Assembly: GCA_016295225.1 (NCBI GenBank)
Contig: JAEDLP010000001.1
Location: forward strand, 10,605 to 74,604
Length of the DNA: 64,000 nt
From: Oscillospiraceae bacterium
GTDB taxonomy: Bacteria > Bacillota > Clostridia > Oscillospirales > Oscillospiraceae
Direction of reading: 5' to 3'
Shown: positions 28,484-38,800 of the stretch, in pieces
Position numbering within the stretch: position 1 is the stretch's first letter
Layout of the letters: every line of letters begins with the position of its first letter
The notes under the pieces: generated by a model
Database searches by the model: none
What the model saw: only the letters and a program-made list of their open reading frames with translations
What the model was told of the DNA's origin: nothing
Position numbers and translations under genes: made by a program

Positions 28484-29830
28484 ATGCAGCTTACAAACAA
28501 ATTCCGGCAGCTGGGCCGCAAGCGGATCGGCGCCTTTGCGCTGACCTTGGTGATGGTGTTCTGCGCCATGACCTCCGTGGGCTCCGAGGCCTTTGCCGTG
28601 ACCAAGGAAGAGATTAACAACCTGAAGAGCCAGGCCTCCAGCCTGAGTTCTCAGAAGTCGGATCTTCAGAAGCAGCTGAATAAGCTGGAAAACTCCAAAA
28701 ACGCAGCCATTGACGAGAAGTTCCTTCTGGAAGAAAAGATCGGCGTCATTCAGCAGCAGATCACGGTTTCCGAGGAAACCATTGCCAAGTATGGCGAAAT
28801 GATCGCGCTGAAGGAAGTGGAACTGGCCGAGGCCAAAGAGGAAGAAGCCAAGTACTACGCCGAGTTCTGCGAGCGGGTTCGCAGCATGGAGGAGCGGGGC
28901 GATATCTCCTACTGGGCCGTCCTGTTCAATGCCAGCAGCTTTTCTGATCTGGTGGACCGTGTGAACGCCATTTCGGAAGTGGTGGACTATGACAACATGG
29001 TCATGGACCAGCTGGCGGCGGCCCGGCAGGCGGTGGCCGACGCCAAGGCAGACTTGGAGGAAAATAAGGCCGCGGAAGAAGCCACCAAGGCCGAACTGGC
29101 CACCCAGAAGGCAGACCTGGAAGCCGAGCAGGCCAAGGTAGAGGCCGTCATTTCTCAGATCACCAGTCAGGCTGATGTGTATGAGGAGAAGCTCCACGAC
29201 CTGGAGGACGACTCCGCCAACCTGTCCAAGCAGATCCAGCAGGCCGAAGCTACTTACGCCGCCCAGATCGCGGCCCAGAAAAAGGCCGAAGAGGAAGCGC
29301 GGAAGAGGGCTGAGGAGGAGGCCAGACGCCAGCAGCAGCAACAGCAGCAACAGAACAACGGTGGCTCCAGCAGCTCCGGCAGTTCCAGTGGTTCTGGCAG
29401 TACCGGGAGTTCCAGCTCCGGCAGCGCCAGCAGCGGCGGTTACCTGTGGCCCCTGTCCGGCTACCGGACGGTGACCTCTCCCTTCGGCTGGAGAAACTGC
29501 CCCTTCCACGGCCGGGAGTTCCACAGCGGTGTTGATATCCCCGCTCCCTCCGGCACCCCCATCAAGGCTACCAAGAGCGGCGTGGTCATCGTTTCTACTT
29601 ACGGTTCCTCCTATGGCAACTATGTGGTGGTGGCCCACAGCGACGGCGGGCGCAGTCTCTATGCCCACATGTCTTCCCGTTCGGTTTCCGCCGGCCAGAC
29701 CGTGAGCCAGGGACAGACCCTGGGGGGTGTTGGCACCACGGGTTCCTCCACCGGCAACCACCTCCACTTTGAGCTTTGGATGGGCAACTCCCAGAGCAGC
29801 CGCGTGAATCCTGTGGCCTACTGCTCCTGA
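28484..29830 (+). CDS. Secreted coiled-coil M23 peptidase
   Basis: Signal peptide, long coiled coil, polyQ and Ser/Gly linker, HSGVD and HLH zinc motifs, YGNYVVV. Confidence 0.92.
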   Translation: MQLTNKFRQLGRKRIGAFALTLVMVFCAMTSVGSEAFAVTKEEINNLKSQASSLSSQKSDLQKQLNKLENSKNAAIDEKFLLEEKIGVIQQQITVSEETIAKYGEMIALKEVELAEAKEEEAKYYAEFCERVRSMEERGDISYWAVLFNASSFSDLVDRVNAISEVVDYDNMVMDQLAAARQAVADAKADLEENKAAEEATKAELATQKADLEAEQAKVEAVISQITSQADVYEEKLHDLEDDSANLSKQIQQAEATYAAQIAAQKKAEEEARKRAEEEARRQQQQQQQQNNGGSSSSGSSSGSGSTGSSSSGSASSGGYLWPLSGYRTVTSPFGWRNCPFHGREFHSGVDIPAPSGTPIKATKSGVVIVSTYGSSYGNYVVVAHSDGGRSLYAHMSSRSVSAGQTVSQGQTLGGVGTTGSSTGNHLHFELWMGNSQSSRVNPVAYCS

Positions 29831-29854
29831 TATTCCATACTCCTATACTATGTG

Positions 29855-29899
29855 AAAAAGCGGACCTCTTGATTTCTTGAGAGGTCCGCTTATATTTTT
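29855..29899 (+). terminator. Rho-independent terminator
   Basis: AAGCGGACCTCTT/GAGAGGTCCGCTT. Confidence 0.8.
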
Positions 29900-29941
29900 C
29901 CCTTTCCCGCAAATGATAGAAAAAAAGGGAGGGGATTCTAT

Positions 29942-30622
29942 TTGGAACTGATCAAGATTGCGCTGCTGGCGCTCTTTTCCTACGTCTACCTGTTTCTCAT
30001 CGCCAAGATCATGGGACACCGCCAGATTGCACAATTGGACGCCTTTGACTATATCACAGGCATTACCGTGGGGTCCATCGCGGCGGATCTGGCCGTTGAG
30101 CTGGAGTCGCCCATGAGGATGGTGGTGGCCCTGGCGGTCTACGGTAGTATGACATTTCTCACAAACATGGTGACCATACGGTTCCCCCGGAGCCGAAAGC
30201 TCGTGGAGGGGACTCCCACCATTCTCTACCACAACGGCAAGCTCTATAAGAAAAATCTGAAAAAAGCCAAGCTGAACCTGAGCGAGTTTCAGGCTCTCTG
30301 CCGCCAGCAGGGGTACTTTGACCTGGGACAGATCTACAGCGCGGTCTTTGAACACAACGGCTCCCTCTCCATTTTACCGGCAGAGCAGGAGCGGCCAGTG
30401 ACCCCCAAGGATCTCAACCTGAATCCCCAGCAGACCACCTTCTTCACCGAGGTCATCATGGACGGCCGGGTGCTGACGGAGAATCTCCACCGGATGGGGA
30501 AGGAGGAGAAGTGGCTGAAAAAGCAGCTGGCGGAGCAGGGATTTCAGTCCCCTAAGGAGGTTTTCCTGGGACTCTGCGATCAGAACGACAAACTCACCTG
30601 CTATCCCACGGACGTATCGTAA
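29942..30622 (+). CDS. DUF421 (YetF-like) membrane protein
   Basis: MGHRQIAQL..FDYI.GITVGSIA, EHNGSLSI, VIMDG. Confidence 0.9.
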   Translation: MELIKIALLALFSYVYLFLIAKIMGHRQIAQLDAFDYITGITVGSIAADLAVELESPMRMVVALAVYGSMTFLTNMVTIRFPRSRKLVEGTPTILYHNGKLYKKNLKKAKLNLSEFQALCRQQGYFDLGQIYSAVFEHNGSLSILPAEQERPVTPKDLNLNPQQTTFFTEVIMDGRVLTENLHRMGKEEKWLKKQLAEQGFQSPKEVFLGLCDQNDKLTCYPTDVS

Positions 30623-30643
30623 GGTACGTCCATCATTCTGTCG

Positions 30644-31333
30644 TCACTTTGATTCGACGCCCACCACGGTCAGCAGGCCGTCCTGCACCTTGAACTTTAC
30701 GTCCAGGGAACCGAAGGCCATGCCGTAGACCCGGGCAGGATCGTCCTGATAGGAGGGACGTGGATCCTGGGCCAGAACCCCGATGAGGGCCTCCCGGTCT
30801 GCCTCGGGCACTTGGTTCAGGAGGGCGGGGGGAAAGTCCACCTCCAGACTATAGCCCTGATATCCGGCGGTGAAGCCCCCCAGGGCATCGGGATGGGAGT
30901 CGGTGTAAGGGAGGTAGGGCTTGATGTCAAAGATGGGGGTGCCGTCCAGCAGATCCGCACCGGAGACATGGATGACCGGACCCAGGGTAGGGTGGTTCTC
31001 CACGCTGTCCAGCTTGACGGAGGACAGGCCGATGGCGTTGGGGCGGAAGGGAGACCGGGTGGCAAAGACTCCCATGCGGGTGTTGCCCCCCAGACGGGGC
31101 GGACGAACGGTGGGGGACCAGTCCTCTCGTACCGCCTTGGAGAAGGACCAGATGAGCCACAGATGGGAAAATCCCTCCAGGCCCCGCAGGGCGTCGGGGT
31201 TGCGGTAGGCCGGCTCAAAGACGATGGTGGATTTCAGGGACTCTACCAGGCCACTCTGACGGGGAATGCCGAACTTGGAGGGAAAGGCGCTGCGCATGGT
31301 GGCGATGATTTTCATGGGGACGGGACTGGTCAT
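30644..31333 (-). CDS. tsaA: tRNA (N6-threonylcarbamoyladenosine37-N6)-methyltransferase
   Basis: KFGIPRQSG, VRPPRLGGN, GVFATRSPFRPNAIGLS, DGTPIFDIKPY, QDPRP. Confidence 0.95.
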   Translation of the reverse strand: MTSPVPMKIIATMRSAFPSKFGIPRQSGLVESLKSTIVFEPAYRNPDALRGLEGFSHLWLIWSFSKAVREDWSPTVRPPRLGGNTRMGVFATRSPFRPNAIGLSSVKLDSVENHPTLGPVIHVSGADLLDGTPIFDIKPYLPYTDSHPDALGGFTAGYQGYSLEVDFPPALLNQVPEADREALIGVLAQDPRPSYQDDPARVYGMAFGSLDVKFKVQDGLLTVVGVESK

Positions 31334-31546
31334 AGAAACACCCTCTTGTTTTATAATACGTTTTCTCCAGTATACCGGGCGGTACGGGGAGACGCAAGGA
31401 AATCTTTGTCCTTGTCCGCAAAAAGGAACAAAAAGAGATAAGGGAACCTTGCCCCTGGGAAAAACCGTGTTATAATAGTCGGAGGCGACGATTATTAGTT
31501 TGTTTTAAGCCTTTATCCCAATACAGATAGAAGGAGACGGCGTGAT

Positions 31547-33181
31547 ATGAGTAAGATCATCACTGCGGCCCAGGCGGCAACCCTGGTGAAAGACGGCTGC
31601 ACCCTGACCACCACCGGCTTCAACGGATTCGGCTGTCCTGAGGACCTGATTATGTCCCTGGCCGAGCACTATGACCAGACCGGACATCCCCGGGATCTGA
31701 CCCTGGTGAAGTGTACCAGCCAGGGGGACGGAAAGGGGAGAGGGGTCAGCCACCTGGCGGCCAAAGAGGGCCTCTTCAAGGAACTGATCCTCACCCACAT
31801 GGGCTACGATCCTGGACTGCGGAAGCTGGTCCAGGAGGAGAAGGTTACCTGCTACATGCTGCCCCTGGGCAACATGATGCAGCTCTTCCGGTCCATTGCC
31901 GGCGGATTGCCCGGTGCCATTGCCACCACGGGCATCGGCACCTTTGCCGACCCCAGAAACGGCGGCGGCAAGGCTAACCAGAAGACCCTACATTCGGGGA
32001 AGAACGTGGTTTCCCTTCTGGAACTGGGGGGACAGGAGTGCCTGTTCTACCCATCTTTTCCCATTGACATTTGCTTCATCCGCGCCACCTACGGCGACGA
32101 GGCCGGGAATCTCTCCATCCGGGAGGAGGCCATGAACGTGGAGCAGTTTGAGGTGGCGGCCGCCGTCCATAATTCCGGCGGCATCGTCATTGCCCAGGTG
32201 GATAAGATCGTCAGGCGGGGGACCATCCCCGCCAAGGAGGTCCTCATCCACGGTTTCATGGTGGACTACATTGTGGAGGGCCGCCCGGAGTACAGTAAGC
32301 AGAGCTTTGAGACCGACCTCTTCCGCCCGGAGATTGCCGGGCTGGCCGTCACGCCCTCCGCCGGGTTTGAACCCCTGGCCATGGGCCCCCGAAAGATCTG
32401 CTGCCGCCGCGCCGCCATGGAGCTGCGGCCCGGCTCCCTCATCAACCTGGGCATCGGGATGCCCGGCGGCATCGGCTCCGTGGCCGACGAAGAGGGAATC
32501 TCGGATCTCTTCACCCTGTCCATGGAGTGCGGACCTTTGGGCGGTATCCCCCTGGGCGGCATTGATTTCGGCGCGGCGGTGAATCCCGAGGCCATGTACC
32601 GCATGGCGGACATCCTCCAGATCTACGACGGCGGCGCTCTGGACATGGCCGTTCTCGGGTTTGCCGAGGCCGATCAGTTCGGCAACGTCAACGCCCACAG
32701 CTTCCACGGCCGTACCGTGGGTCCCGGCGGCTTTATCGACATTACACAGAACGCCAAAAAGCTCTGCTTCATCGGCACCTTTACCGCAGGCAAGCAGGAG
32801 GTGGGCCTCAAGGACGAGGGGTTAGTAATCCACACCCAGGGTCCTCAGAAGAAGTTTCTCCAGCAGGTGGAGGCCATTACCTTTTCCGGCAAAGAGGCCC
32901 TTAGAAAGGGGCAGGAGGTCCTGTACATCACCGAGCGGGCGGTGTTCCGCCTGGAAGAGGGGGGCTTGACCCTCATTGAGATCGCCCGGGGTGTGGATCT
33001 GCAGGCAGACATTCTGGATCAGATGGAGTTTGCCCCTGTGATCCCTGACGACCTGCGGATGATGGACCACCGTCTGTTCCGGGAAGGCCCTATGGGCCTG
33101 AACCCGGAAAGAAACGCGGAAACTGCGCCTGAATATGAGTTCTGGCGGGATCTGCGCTCTGGCGCGGAAAAAGAAACCTGA
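31547..33181 (+). CDS. Acyl-CoA:acetate/short-chain CoA transferase (YdiF/Pct type)
   Basis: GIGTFADPR.GGGK, NLGIGMP, catalytic E in MECG, GNVN, GGFIDITQ, YITERAVF. Confidence 0.92.
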   Translation: MSKIITAAQAATLVKDGCTLTTTGFNGFGCPEDLIMSLAEHYDQTGHPRDLTLVKCTSQGDGKGRGVSHLAAKEGLFKELILTHMGYDPGLRKLVQEEKVTCYMLPLGNMMQLFRSIAGGLPGAIATTGIGTFADPRNGGGKANQKTLHSGKNVVSLLELGGQECLFYPSFPIDICFIRATYGDEAGNLSIREEAMNVEQFEVAAAVHNSGGIVIAQVDKIVRRGTIPAKEVLIHGFMVDYIVEGRPEYSKQSFETDLFRPEIAGLAVTPSAGFEPLAMGPRKICCRRAAMELRPGSLINLGIGMPGGIGSVADEEGISDLFTLSMECGPLGGIPLGGIDFGAAVNPEAMYRMADILQIYDGGALDMAVLGFAEADQFGNVNAHSFHGRTVGPGGFIDITQNAKKLCFIGTFTAGKQEVGLKDEGLVIHTQGPQKKFLQQVEAITFSGKEALRKGQEVLYITERAVFRLEEGGLTLIEIARGVDLQADILDQMEFAPVIPDDLRMMDHRLFREGPMGLNPERNAETAPEYEFWRDLRSGAEKET

Positions 33182-33193
33182 CGGAGGGAATCC

Positions 33194-34021
33194 ATGCTGC
33201 AAGATATTTTTCCCAAACAGTATCATGTAGAATTTACCTGGAAGGAACCTGCGGCTGAGGATATGTGTTTTGTGTTTCGAGGCCAGGAGGTCCTGGAACG
33301 GCTGGATGGGGAGGGCCTTCGTCTGCCCACCTATGGGGAGCTGGCCGGCCACGCGGAGCGGGCGGTGTATCTTTTCCGGGTGGATGAGAAGGAATACTTC
33401 CTGGTCTGGCTGAAGGATGAGACGATCCCCGAGGGATATGCATGGCACACCATGCGCGGGGAGCGAGGACGAAAGACCAAGGAACTGATCTTTGCTGAGT
33501 CCACCGCCCACCACCTGGATATCTGGTACCGGGCCAACCGATTCTGCGGCCACTGCGGGGCTCCCACCCAGCACGATCATAAGGAACGTATGCTGCGCTG
33601 CCCCAAGTGCGGGGAAATGATTTTTCCCAAAATCTGTCCGGCGGTCATCATTGCCCTCACCGACGGGGAGCGTCTCCTCCTGTGCCGCTCCCAGCGAGGG
33701 GTCTACCGGGGCTATGGTCTCATTGCCGGCTTTGTGGAGGTCGGAGAGACCGCTGAGGAGACCGTCCGCCGTGAGGTCATGGAGGAAGTGGGCCTGCGGG
33801 TGAAAGACATCCGGTATTACGGCAGCCAGCCCTGGGGGCTTGTGGGCAATCTCTCCCTGGGCTACTACGCCCGTCTGGATGGGGACGACGCCATCTACTT
33901 GGACGGCCAGGAGCTGGCCCAGGCGGACTGGTACCGCCGGGAGGACATTGACCTGGCTCCCGACGACTACAGCCTGACCAATGATATGATCCAGGCTTTT
34001 ATCCGGGGCGACTGGATCTGA
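33194..34021 (+). CDS. nudC: NAD(+) diphosphatase NudC, paralog 1
   Basis: Zinc ribbon FCGHCG..CPKC, Nudix box GFVEVGETAEETVRREVMEEVGL, SQPW. Confidence 0.9.
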   Translation: MLQDIFPKQYHVEFTWKEPAAEDMCFVFRGQEVLERLDGEGLRLPTYGELAGHAERAVYLFRVDEKEYFLVWLKDETIPEGYAWHTMRGERGRKTKELIFAESTAHHLDIWYRANRFCGHCGAPTQHDHKERMLRCPKCGEMIFPKICPAVIIALTDGERLLLCRSQRGVYRGYGLIAGFVEVGETAEETVRREVMEEVGLRVKDIRYYGSQPWGLVGNLSLGYYARLDGDDAIYLDGQELAQADWYRREDIDLAPDDYSLTNDMIQAFIRGDWI

Positions 34022-34050
34022 TTCCATTGAACAGGAAAAAGGAGACCCTT

Positions 34051-34884
34051 ATGCTGCATGACATCGCACCCAAACAATACCATGTGGAGTTTGCCAAAAA
34101 GGAGCCCGGCGATGACGCTGTCTGCTTTGTATTCAACGGGCCGGAGATCCTGGAGAAGATGGTGGATGACACTCTGCTTCCGCCCACCTATGGGGAGCTG
34201 AAGGAGAAGGTGCAGAAATCCATATACCTGTTCGCCATTGACCAGACCGCGTATTACCTGACCGACCTGAGGGAAACGGACATTCCCGATGGATATGAAT
34301 GGTGGGCGGTCCGCAATGCCCCGGAGCACCGCGCCCAGGATCTGCACTTCGCTGAGTATACGGCCTATCAGCTCTATGTCTGGTATCGGGACAACCAGTT
34401 CTGCGGCCGCTGCGGCACAAGAACTGAGGCTGACGGAACGCTGCGCATGCTTCGCTGCCCCCATTGCGGCAACATGATCTTCCCCCGGATCACCCCCGCC
34501 ATCATGGTGGCGGTCACCCATGAGGACAAGATTCTGGTGACCCGCTATCAGGGCCGCACTTACAAGGGCTATACCTTGATTGCCGGTTTTGTGGAGATCG
34601 GCGAGACCGCCGAAGAGACTGTCCGCCGCGAGGTTATGGAGGAAGTGGGTCTTCGCATTTCCCAGGTAAAGTATTATAAGAGCCAGCCCTGGGGGATCGA
34701 CGGCGATCTGATGCTGGGCTACTTTGCCAAGCTGGACGGCTCCGGGGAGATCGATCTGGACCGTCAGGAGCTGGCCCAGGCGGCTTGGCTCCGCCGGGAC
34801 GAGCTGGACGACCAGACTATCCGCTATCAGTACAGCCTGGCCAGCGACCTGGTGGAAGCCTTCCGGCGGGGAGAGAATGAATAG
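34051..34884 (+). CDS. nudC: NAD(+) diphosphatase NudC, paralog 2
   Basis: FCGRCG..CPHC, GFVEIGETAEETVRREVMEEVGL, SQPW. Confidence 0.9.
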   Translation: MLHDIAPKQYHVEFAKKEPGDDAVCFVFNGPEILEKMVDDTLLPPTYGELKEKVQKSIYLFAIDQTAYYLTDLRETDIPDGYEWWAVRNAPEHRAQDLHFAEYTAYQLYVWYRDNQFCGRCGTRTEADGTLRMLRCPHCGNMIFPRITPAIMVAVTHEDKILVTRYQGRTYKGYTLIAGFVEIGETAEETVRREVMEEVGLRISQVKYYKSQPWGIDGDLMLGYFAKLDGSGEIDLDRQELAQAAWLRRDELDDQTIRYQYSLASDLVEAFRRGENE

Positions 34885-34903
34885 AGAGAAAGAAGGAATT
34901 GCC

Positions 34904-35461
34904 ATGTCACTGACTTACAACGAAGCCTTGGACCTGCTGAAGGAGTATAACGAGGGCGACTTTCATTTGAAGCACGCCTATGTGGTCTCCGACGTTATGG
35001 GCTGGTTTGCGGAAAAGCTGGGTTACGGCGAGGAGAAGGAGTTCTGGACCGTGGTGGGCCTGCTCCATGACCTGGACTTTGAGCAGTACCCCGACCAGCA
35101 TTGTATCAAATCCCAGGAGATCATGCGGGAGCGGGGGCTGGAGGAGCGGCTCATCCGCGCCACCGCCAGCCATGGCTATGGCATCACTGTGGACATTGCG
35201 CCCCAGCACCAGATGGAGAAGGTTCTGTTCGCCACCGATGAGCTCACCGGCCTCATCGGCGCGGCCGCCATCATGCGCCCCTCCAAGAGCGTGGATGACC
35301 TGGAAGTGAAGTCCGTGAAGAAGAAGTACAAGGACAAAAAGTTTGCTGCCGGATGCTCCCGGGAGATCATCCAGAATGGGGCCGACATGCTGGGCTGGAC
35401 TCTGGAGGAGCTGATCGGCCAGACCATCGAGGCCATGCGTGCCAGCGCTCACGTGGACTGA
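34904..35461 (+). CDS. HD-domain hydrolase
   Basis: KH..V, GLLHDLD, SHG, DELTGLI, KFAAGCSR. Confidence 0.88.
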   Translation: MSLTYNEALDLLKEYNEGDFHLKHAYVVSDVMGWFAEKLGYGEEKEFWTVVGLLHDLDFEQYPDQHCIKSQEIMRERGLEERLIRATASHGYGITVDIAPQHQMEKVLFATDELTGLIGAAAIMRPSKSVDDLEVKSVKKKYKDKKFAAGCSREIIQNGADMLGWTLEELIGQTIEAMRASAHVD

Positions 35462-35476
35462 AAAAGGAATCAAAAA

Positions 35477-35511
35477 GAGACCCTGCTGTGCATGTTCGCA
35501 GCAGGGTTTTT
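35477..35511 (+). terminator. Rho-independent terminator
   Basis: GACCCTGCTG/CAGCAGGGTTTTT. Confidence 0.8.
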
Positions 35512-35859
35512 GCATGGCTTGCTCAGAGGGAAAACAGGGGAAAAGGAAGAAGTCCGTGACAGGTGGAGAAATGTCCTGGTAAAACCGGTTTGAACCCTTT
35601 GCAGAGGGGAAAAAGTCTGTTGTTTAATTGCACAAAGAATCAAACTATATTTTGTTTGGTTTTTCCTCCTTGGTACTATTCCAAGATTCTGACAGGTTTT
35701 GTGAAGGAAGTTTGGACAGAACTTTCATTTACAAAACGACCTAGGAAATGGTAGGATTATGCCAATACAATTTCATTGGTTAAAGAACCATGGGATGAAT
35801 ATAGAGGAAGCCGGCGAAAGGGCGATAGGCCCTGCGCTCCGGACCAAGGAGGAAGAACT

Positions 35860-38800
35860 ATGGCAAGAAAGCAAAAGACGATGGATGGCAACACCGCGGC
35901 GGCCCACGTGGCCTATGCCTTTACAGAAGTTGCAGCCATTTACCCCATCACCCCCTCTTCCGTCATGGCGGAGCTGGCAGACAAGTGGTCTGCTGAGGGA
36001 CGTAAGAATATGTTTGGTCAGCCTGTCAAGGTCTCTGTCATGCAGTCTGAGGGCGGCGCCGCCGGCGCGGTCCACGGCTCCCTCACCGCCGGCGCTCTGA
36101 CCACCACCTTCACGGCATCCCAGGGCCTGCTGCTGATGATCCCCAATATGTACAAGATCGCCGGAAGCCTGCTGCCCAGCGTGACCCACGTGTCCGCCCG
36201 TGCGCTGGCCACCCACGCTCTGTCCATCTTCGGCGACCACTCCGACGTCATGTCCTGCCGTTCCACCGGCTACGCCATGCTGTGCAGCGCCAACCCCCAG
36301 GAGGTCATGGATCTGGGCGCTGTGGCCCACCTGGCCACCATCAGCGGCCGCGTGCCCTTCCTGCACTTCTTCGACGGCTTCCGCACCTCCCACGAGATCC
36401 GCAAGGTGGAGATGTGGGACTATGAGGACCTGAAGGAAATGGTGGACATGGACGCCCTGAACGCCTTCCGCGCCCGGGCCCTGAATCCCGAGCATCCCGT
36501 CCTCCGCGGCTCCGCCCAGAATCCCGACATCTTCTTCCAGGTTAACGAGACCCGCAACCAGTTCTATGACGCTCTGCCTGCCGTGGTGGAGGAGAACATG
36601 GCCAAGGTCAACCAGCGCCTGGGTACCAATTATCAGCTCTTCAACTACTACGGCGCACCCGACGCCGAGACCGTTATGGTGGCCATGGGCTCCGTCTGCG
36701 ACGCAGCGGAGGAAGTGGTGGACTACATGAACGGCAAGGGGGAGAAGGTCGGCCTCATCAAGGTCCGCCTGTACCGTCCCTTCGTGACCGACCGTTTCGT
36801 GGCCGCAATTCCCGCCACCGCAAAGAACATCGTGGTCATGGACCGATGCAAGGAACCCTCCGCCATCGGCGAGCCCCTCTACCAGGATGTGGTCACCGCC
36901 CTGGCCTCCAGCGACCGGGCCGGACTCCGGGTGGTGGGCGGCCGCTACGGCCTGGGCTCCAAGGACACCACTCCCGGCGGCATCCTGTCCGCCTTCCGCA
37001 ACGGCCAGAGCGAGAACCCTGTCCGCAGCTTCACCATCAACATCGTGGACGACGTGACCAACCGCTCCCTCCCCATCCTGGAGGAGCCCGACGTGGCCGA
37101 CGAGGGGACCATCGCCTGCAAGTTCTGGGGTCTGGGCGGCGACGGCACCGTGGGCGCCAACAAGAACTCCATCAAGATCATCGGTGACAACACCGACATG
37201 AAGGTTCAGGCCTATTTCCAGTACGACTCCAAGAAGTCCGGCGGCATCACCATCAGCCACCTGCGCTTCGGCAAGAATGAGATCAAGGCCTCCTACTATG
37301 TCACCAAGGCCGACTTCGTGGCCTGCCACCTGGCCTCCTACATCGAAAAGTTCGACATTGTCCAGGATATCAAGCCCGGCGGCACCTTCCTGCTGAACTG
37401 CCCCTGGGATCTGGCGGAGCTGGAGGAGCACCTCCCCGCCGCTGCCAAGCGTTACCTGGCCCGGAACAACATCCGCATGTTCACCTGCGACGCCACCCAC
37501 AAGGCCATTGAGCTGGGCATGGGCAACCGCTCCAACACCATCCTCCAGGCGGCCTTCTTCAAGCTGGCCAACGTCATCCCTGTGGAGGACGCCGTCCAGC
37601 ACATGAAGGACGCCATCGTTAAGAGCTACGGCCACAAGGGCATGGACGTCATTATGATGAATTACAACGCCGTGGACGCCGGCGTGGAGAGCATCCGGGA
37701 GATTCCCATCCCCATGGGCTGGGCCGACGCCCAGGAGGAAGATGCCGAGGACAACCTGAAGATCGACCGTCCCGACGTGGCTCAGTACGTGAAGGACGTT
37801 ATGATTCCCGCCAACGCCATGCGGGGCGACGCCATCCCCGTTTCCAAGCTGATGCCCGGTGCTGACGGCACTCTGCCCCAGGGTACCGCTGCCTATGAAA
37901 AGCGCGGTATCGCAGTCAGTGTTCCTATGTGGGATGAAAACGCCTGCATCCAGTGCAACCTCTGCTCCTACGTCTGTCCCCATTCCTGCATCCGCCCCGT
38001 GGTCATGGACGCCAACGAGGTGGTGGCAGCCCCCAGAGGCACCAAGATGCACGACATGCGGGGTAAGGGCTGCGAGATTTACGCATTCTCCATGACGGTC
38101 TCCGTCATGGACTGCACCGGCTGCGGTTCCTGTGAAGCGGTGTGTCCCGCCGCAACCAAGGCCCTCACCATGAAGCCCCTGAACACCCAGCTGGGTGAGC
38201 AGAAGGTCTTCGACTACGGTATGGAGCAGGTCAGCCGGAAGCAGACCCCCTTTGCAAAGGAGACCGTGAAGGGCAGCCAGTTTGAGCAGCCTCTCTTCGA
38301 GTTCTCCGGGGCCTGTGCCGGCTGCGGCGAGACCCCCTATGTCAAGCTGGTGACCCAGCTCTTCGGCGATCGGATGTACATCGCAAACGCCACCGGCTGC
38401 TCTTCTATCTGGGGCGGCAGCGCACCCTCCACCCCCTATACCGTCAACAAGGACGGCCGGGGTCCCGCCTGGGAGAACTCCCTCTTCGAGGACGGCGCCG
38501 AGTTCGGCTACGGCATGAACCTGGCCGTCAACGCCCGGCAGGCTGCTGCGGCTGATCTGGCCCGGCAGGTGGCCCAGGATGAGGCAACTCCCGCTGCTGT
38601 GGCCCTCACCGCCAAGAAGTGGCTCAACCACCGGAAGGAGACCGAGGGATCCCGCACCACCGGTCAGGCTCTGGCTGAGGCTCTGGCCCAGGCCATTTCC
38701 TCCGGCACCGCCAACGAGGCACAGCTCAAGGAGCTCTACAATATGCGGGACATGTTCGGCCAGAAGTCGGTCTGGGCCTTCGGCGGCGACGGCTGGGCCT

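Noticed and set aside
33100..33181. CoA transferase C-terminal extension (APEYEFWRDLRSG) faintly resembling a NudC N-domain segment
   Set aside because: Too short to distinguish from chance.
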